Source: Histomonas meleagridis 2922-C6/04-290x
Taxonomy: Eukaryota > Protista > Parabasalia
Assembly: GCA_020184695.1 (NCBI GenBank)
Contig: JAANOX010000198.1
Location: 62,001-126,000, forward strand
Length of the DNA stretch: 64,000 nucleotides
Reading direction: 5' to 3'
A program made the translations under genes and the position numbers. Of the stretch, positions 60,177 through 64,000 are shown piece by piece (the first letter of the stretch is position 1; every line of letters starts with the position of its first letter). Below the pieces are notes generated by a model. It saw only the letters and a program-made list of their open reading frames with translations. It made no database searches and was not told the DNA's origin.

Positions 60177-61010
60177 CTTTGTTTTATATGTTTCACTTTT
60201 TATTGGTTGTGTATTCTTCTTTGAAGTCATTTGCAAATGGATCTTCTTCAATGTTTTCGAGTGATGTTGTTCCGATGTATTTATTTATTTCTGTTTCATT
60301 TTGTTCGCTATTTTCTGAACTTTGTTCAACATTTTGTTTCTTTTTTCGCACTAAGATGATAACAAGAACAACAAAACAACTACAATTATTGCAATCACAA
60401 CTCCAACACTAATGTAAATATTTGTTTTATTATTATTTATATCATTATCATCAGTAAAAAGTGTAAAAAAATTCGAATAAAATTGGAAATATGTTGAATA
60501 AATTATTACATTATATTCATAATAAATAATATTTGTATAAATGCACGTAAATGTCGAGGCAATCGAAGAAAGAAGAAGTGTATTTATATTTGTAATTGTG
60601 AAAAAAGAAAATGTTTGTGTATATGAAAAAGTTAAAACAATTGAAGAAGTACAACTCAAAAAAGTTTCTGCATATTCATGTATATTACTTTGTGTGAAGA
60701 AAGTATTTGATTTCGTATATGTATTACTTTGCATAAATGTGTGTGATTTAGTAAATAAATTTGGGTTGGTAAATGTGATACTTTGTGTGAATGTAAGCGT
60801 TGAGATTGGATTACATCCTTTTGATATGGCATCTTTAACTACTTGTAATGTATCAAATGTTTCATTGCCTGTGTAAGTTGGTATCACCATAACTGTATTT
60901 ATTGAAAAATACATTGTTGCCAAGAGTTGGCTCTGTTTTGCCATAAAAATAAATACATTTCATACTAGCGCATGATGAAAATGTATTTGAGGAATACATT
61001 GTTATCATAA
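60177..61010 (-). pseudogene. Truncated BspA-like surface protein (C-terminal stalk, TM and cytosolic tail)
   Basis: FSSCASMKCIYFYGKTEPTLGNNVF, YTGNETF, FTxSN stalk, TM VGVVIAIIVVV, tail EEDPFANDFKEE; frameshifts. Confidence 0.7.
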
Positions 61011-61366
61011 TTACATATATCATCAAAAGAAGTCGAATTTTTATAACCTATTATACAAACAAACGGATAATCCTAAGAATAAATGAAAATATTATATTAT
61101 ATACATAAATGTCATTTTAATCTTAAACATCATTTGTTATTATTATGTAAAGACGTTTGTTAAATGCATTACAATAATGGCAAAATGTTATCTTTATACA
61201 TTTATAAACTGCGACAACATATATGTGAATTCAAGTTTAATAATGTGATACAACCAAATGAAATAAATTATGTAATTCATTTATTTACACAATTCTTCAT
61301 CAAGAACATCGCTGTTTCTAAAAATGAAAATTTATTATTTTATTAAACACAAAAGAGTAAAACGTT

Positions 61367-63604
61367 TTAATTTTGGCTTTCCATCAGATGAAGGTTAATT
61401 CTCGACATTGCACTTCTCAGCTGCAGACCTTTCGAAGGGTTTCCCAATTCTATCGCGATCAAATTTATAATTTCGTCCGCGTTTCCATTTCCGTTCAACA
61501 AGAAATCGAAAGTTTTGTTCCATATTTCATTGTTCCATCTTTTTGGACAATTTTCGACGTTATTATTTAATTGGATTTTTGTACAAAAGTAATGAAATAA
61601 CAATGCAACATTAACTCTGTCATTATTCCCATTGTTATTATTAATGTTTTCGCAATTACAGAGTATAATTCCTTGTTCGATCCACGAAGGATTATTAATA
61701 TCAAATTCTTTCGTGAGTTCCAAACTTGTGATTCTATTTAATAATGTGTTCATATTAATATTTCCATGTGATAAAAATTTCTCTTCAAGATTTTTGATGA
61801 TGAAAAGCATTTGCAATAGATAAAAATGCGCAATGAGTTCGTCAGTTCCACGCGGTCTATTATGACAATATTCGATTACGCGTTGAAATGTGCCATATTT
61901 ACAATATTTGGTGATGTATAAATTATTTGATATCAGTTTACCAACCAAAAAATATTGCGGATTTGTGGGCATAAATGGAATTACTTCATGTGAAACTTGC
62001 TTAAGATGGAATGTGCTCGAATTATTTGCGCATAAATATGACGAATTGCTAATTTTGGAAATAATATTATACGTTTCGCCGTCAATTATTATGCTATTTC
62101 CGACTTCGATTCTGTTATTTGGTGTTGAATTCTTTTTAGGTAATGATAAAAATGAATCATCTTCATTTGAAATATCCCTTTTCTTTCTTAAGGTTGATGA
62201 CGCCGAAGGCGGTGCATCACCAAAATCATATTCAGCGTTTTGAAATGAGGATTTAACTGGTTGAGGATTATCATAATTATCAAATTGGGGTTTCTTTTGT
62301 AATTTGCTTTTGAGTATGGACATAGGCGGCGGCGCATTGAGGAAATCATATTCGTCACTTTGGAATGAGTTTTTAATCGGCTGCGGTTGATCAAAGTCAT
62401 CGTCAAATGGAATTTTGGTTTTTTGACTTTTCTTAATTTGCGACGAGTTATTAAACGAAGTTTTGTTTTTAAGTATTGGCGAAGCTGAAGCAGCGTCAGC
62501 AAAGTCATATTCGTTGTTTTGAAATGCGGATTTAATTGGTAGCGGATTATCAAAGTCATCATCAAATGGAATTTTTTTGGATCTTTTGGGCATCGGCTGC
62601 GGTGAGTTATCGAATTTTGTTTTGTTTTTAAGTATTGGTGAAGCCGGAGCAGCATTTAAGAAATCATATTCATCATTTTGAAGTGCAGATTTAATCGGCT
62701 GTGGATTATCGATGTCATTATTAAATGGAATTTTGCTGTTTTTCTTGGGTATTGGTTGCAGTTGAGGATCATCAAAATCATCATCAAATGGAATTTTGGT
62801 TCTTTCCTTATGCACTGGCTTTGGCTGTGGTGAGTTATCGAATTTTGTTTTGTTTTTAAGTATTGGTGAAGCTGGAGCGGCATTTAAGAAATCATACTCA
62901 TCATTTTGAACATTATTTTTGCTTTGAAAGGCAGATTTGACTGGCTTAGAGTCATCAAAACCAAATTTTCTCTGTGAGACATCTCCATTAAAGGGTTGGT
63001 TTGGTACGAATAGTGGAGAATCAATTTCATCATTGCCTTGTGGTGTAAAATCAACTAGTTCAAGAAAATCATATTTTGGAGGAACTGGTTGCCTTGATAA
63101 AATTGATTTACAGGATACGCCCGTTGTATTGAATACATAACTTACATTGTCTAAAACACCAAGATCAAGAATGGGCTGGCTTGAAAGACGTATTTGCATC
63201 CTTTCAATAAATCCACTGTATACTTTTTGAAGAAATTCATTCGGCTCTACATTTTGTTGTTTTGCTGTTTCAAATATATCAAGTGAAGAAATAAAGTTCT
63301 GTTGGTGCTCAAATAGAATTGCAACTGTTGAATACCATAAAGCATTTTTATGACCTACACCAATTGAATGACATGATTTTAAAATTTCCAATCCAATCGA
63401 ATTTTCAAAGCCAGCAACGAATTTAACAAGTGATATTATTAACCGATTATCATTTCCAAGTTCTGGATTATTTAATAATACATCTTTTAATTGATTTTGT
63501 AAAGAAATCCATTCACGCGGAATTCTATTCGATGCTGGTTTGGTGGAATTTATTTGAGAAATTATTTTGGTAAGGACAGGATTTGAAAATAGCTTTAGAT
63601 CCAT
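61367..63604 (-). CDS. Bub1/BubR1(Mad3)-like checkpoint protein with degenerate kinase domain
   Basis: N-terminal Mad3/Bub1 TPR-like region (NDNRL...IGVGHKNALWY...LFE...F.ERM); C-terminal kinase fold with HGNINMNT in place of HGDIKPDN. Confidence 0.7.
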   Translation of the reverse strand: MDLKLFSNPVLTKIISQINSTKPASNRIPREWISLQNQLKDVLLNNPELGNDNRLIISLVKFVAGFENSIGLEILKSCHSIGVGHKNALWYSTVAILFEHQQNFISSLDIFETAKQQNVEPNEFLQKVYSGFIERMQIRLSSQPILDLGVLDNVSYVFNTTGVSCKSILSRQPVPPKYDFLELVDFTPQGNDEIDSPLFVPNQPFNGDVSQRKFGFDDSKPVKSAFQSKNNVQNDEYDFLNAAPASPILKNKTKFDNSPQPKPVHKERTKIPFDDDFDDPQLQPIPKKNSKIPFNNDIDNPQPIKSALQNDEYDFLNAAPASPILKNKTKFDNSPQPMPKRSKKIPFDDDFDNPLPIKSAFQNNEYDFADAASASPILKNKTSFNNSSQIKKSQKTKIPFDDDFDQPQPIKNSFQSDEYDFLNAPPPMSILKSKLQKKPQFDNYDNPQPVKSSFQNAEYDFGDAPPSASSTLRKKRDISNEDDSFLSLPKKNSTPNNRIEVGNSIIIDGETYNIISKISNSSYLCANNSSTFHLKQVSHEVIPFMPTNPQYFLVGKLISNNLYITKYCKYGTFQRVIEYCHNRPRGTDELIAHFYLLQMLFIIKNLEEKFLSHGNINMNTLLNRITSLELTKEFDINNPSWIEQGIILCNCENINNNNGNNDRVNVALLFHYFCTKIQLNNNVENCPKRWNNEIWNKTFDFLLNGNGNADEIINLIAIELGNPSKGLQLRSAMSRINLHLMESQN
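62200..62920 (-). repeat. In-frame internal repeats (5x EYDF...P...ILK motif)
   Basis: Motif copies at ~62900, 62672, 62513, 62354, 62234 (spacings 228,159,159,120 nt, all multiples of 3). Confidence 0.9.
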
Positions 63605-63859
63605 TTGAGTAACAACTATACGTTTATTATTAGGGGATGACCGTTTATTTCATTTCACAATGCATAAACAAAATATTCAATAAGCTATCTCAAAACAATG
63701 TAAACCTATGAATTATAAAATTCAAGTTCTTCATCATTTGTACAACATTCAGTTTGCTTAATGGTGTGGTCGTACTGGTAGAAATGGTGTCGCGTTAATT
63801 TTTTGATGTAAAATTTTTAACAAAAAATAAACAAAACAATATTTAAAAACAATTCTATT

Positions 63860-64000
63860 CTTCTGATGCAGATATCAGCCACGAAGTCCACAAATCTCTA
63901 AACCTAAAGAACATTTTTGCTCCTTTTCTCAAGAATCCAGAGATTCCTTTGTTTTCATCTTTCATCTGATTCATTTCTTCATCAGTCCAACCGAACTCTT
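63860..64000 (-). CDS. 3' end of a gene running off the window edge
   Basis: EFGWTDEEMNQM... coding-like composition; only a fragment is visible. Confidence 0.35.

Noticed and set aside
2431-62883. Numerous short antisense or overlapping ORFs (e.g. 2431-2658, 34792-34974, 38180-38665, 60541-60876, 61890-62883)
   Set aside because: Shadows of real genes on the other strand or frame, with no independent motifs.

Overview
AT-rich eukaryotic genomic DNA, most likely a parabasalid (Tritrichomonas/Trichomonas-like), inferred from DUF3447+ankyrin genes, BspA-like LRR surface proteins and otherwise intron-free housekeeping genes in the standard code. Housekeeping genes (TMEM62-like phosphoesterase, chromodomain protein, BAR-PH-ArfGAP-ANK, CK2-like kinase, WDR7-like, NAA30, DM10/EF-hand, TMEM17-like, Frag1/DRAM, ECD, PNGase-like, GT61, RRM, Bub1/BubR1-like) are interspersed with six DUF3447-ankyrin loci, transposon remnants and decayed surface-protein genes. 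MAIN OBSERVATION: the ankyrin arrays look like frameshifted pseudogenes with a 170-bp period, but they have a hidden code. Each 90-nt stop-free ankyrin block is followed by an ~80-nt AT-rich spacer made of four 20-nt units. Each unit is a 17-nt T/A-rich segment (approx. RTTTAWTTWAAWWATTT) plus one 3-nt codon. Removing the 17-mers and joining the triplets rebuilds the canonical ankyrin beta-turn D-x-x-G-x-T-A-L (e.g. DKNGKTAL, DEYGRTAL, DDKGETAL, DKWGYTAL). This suggests an undescribed non-GT-AG 17-nt micro-intron / single-codon micro-exon system (or an equivalent ribosome-hop or RNA-deletion mechanism) at the hypervariable binding loop. All counts were done by hand, no RNA evidence is available, and the assembly appears to carry homopolymer indels.
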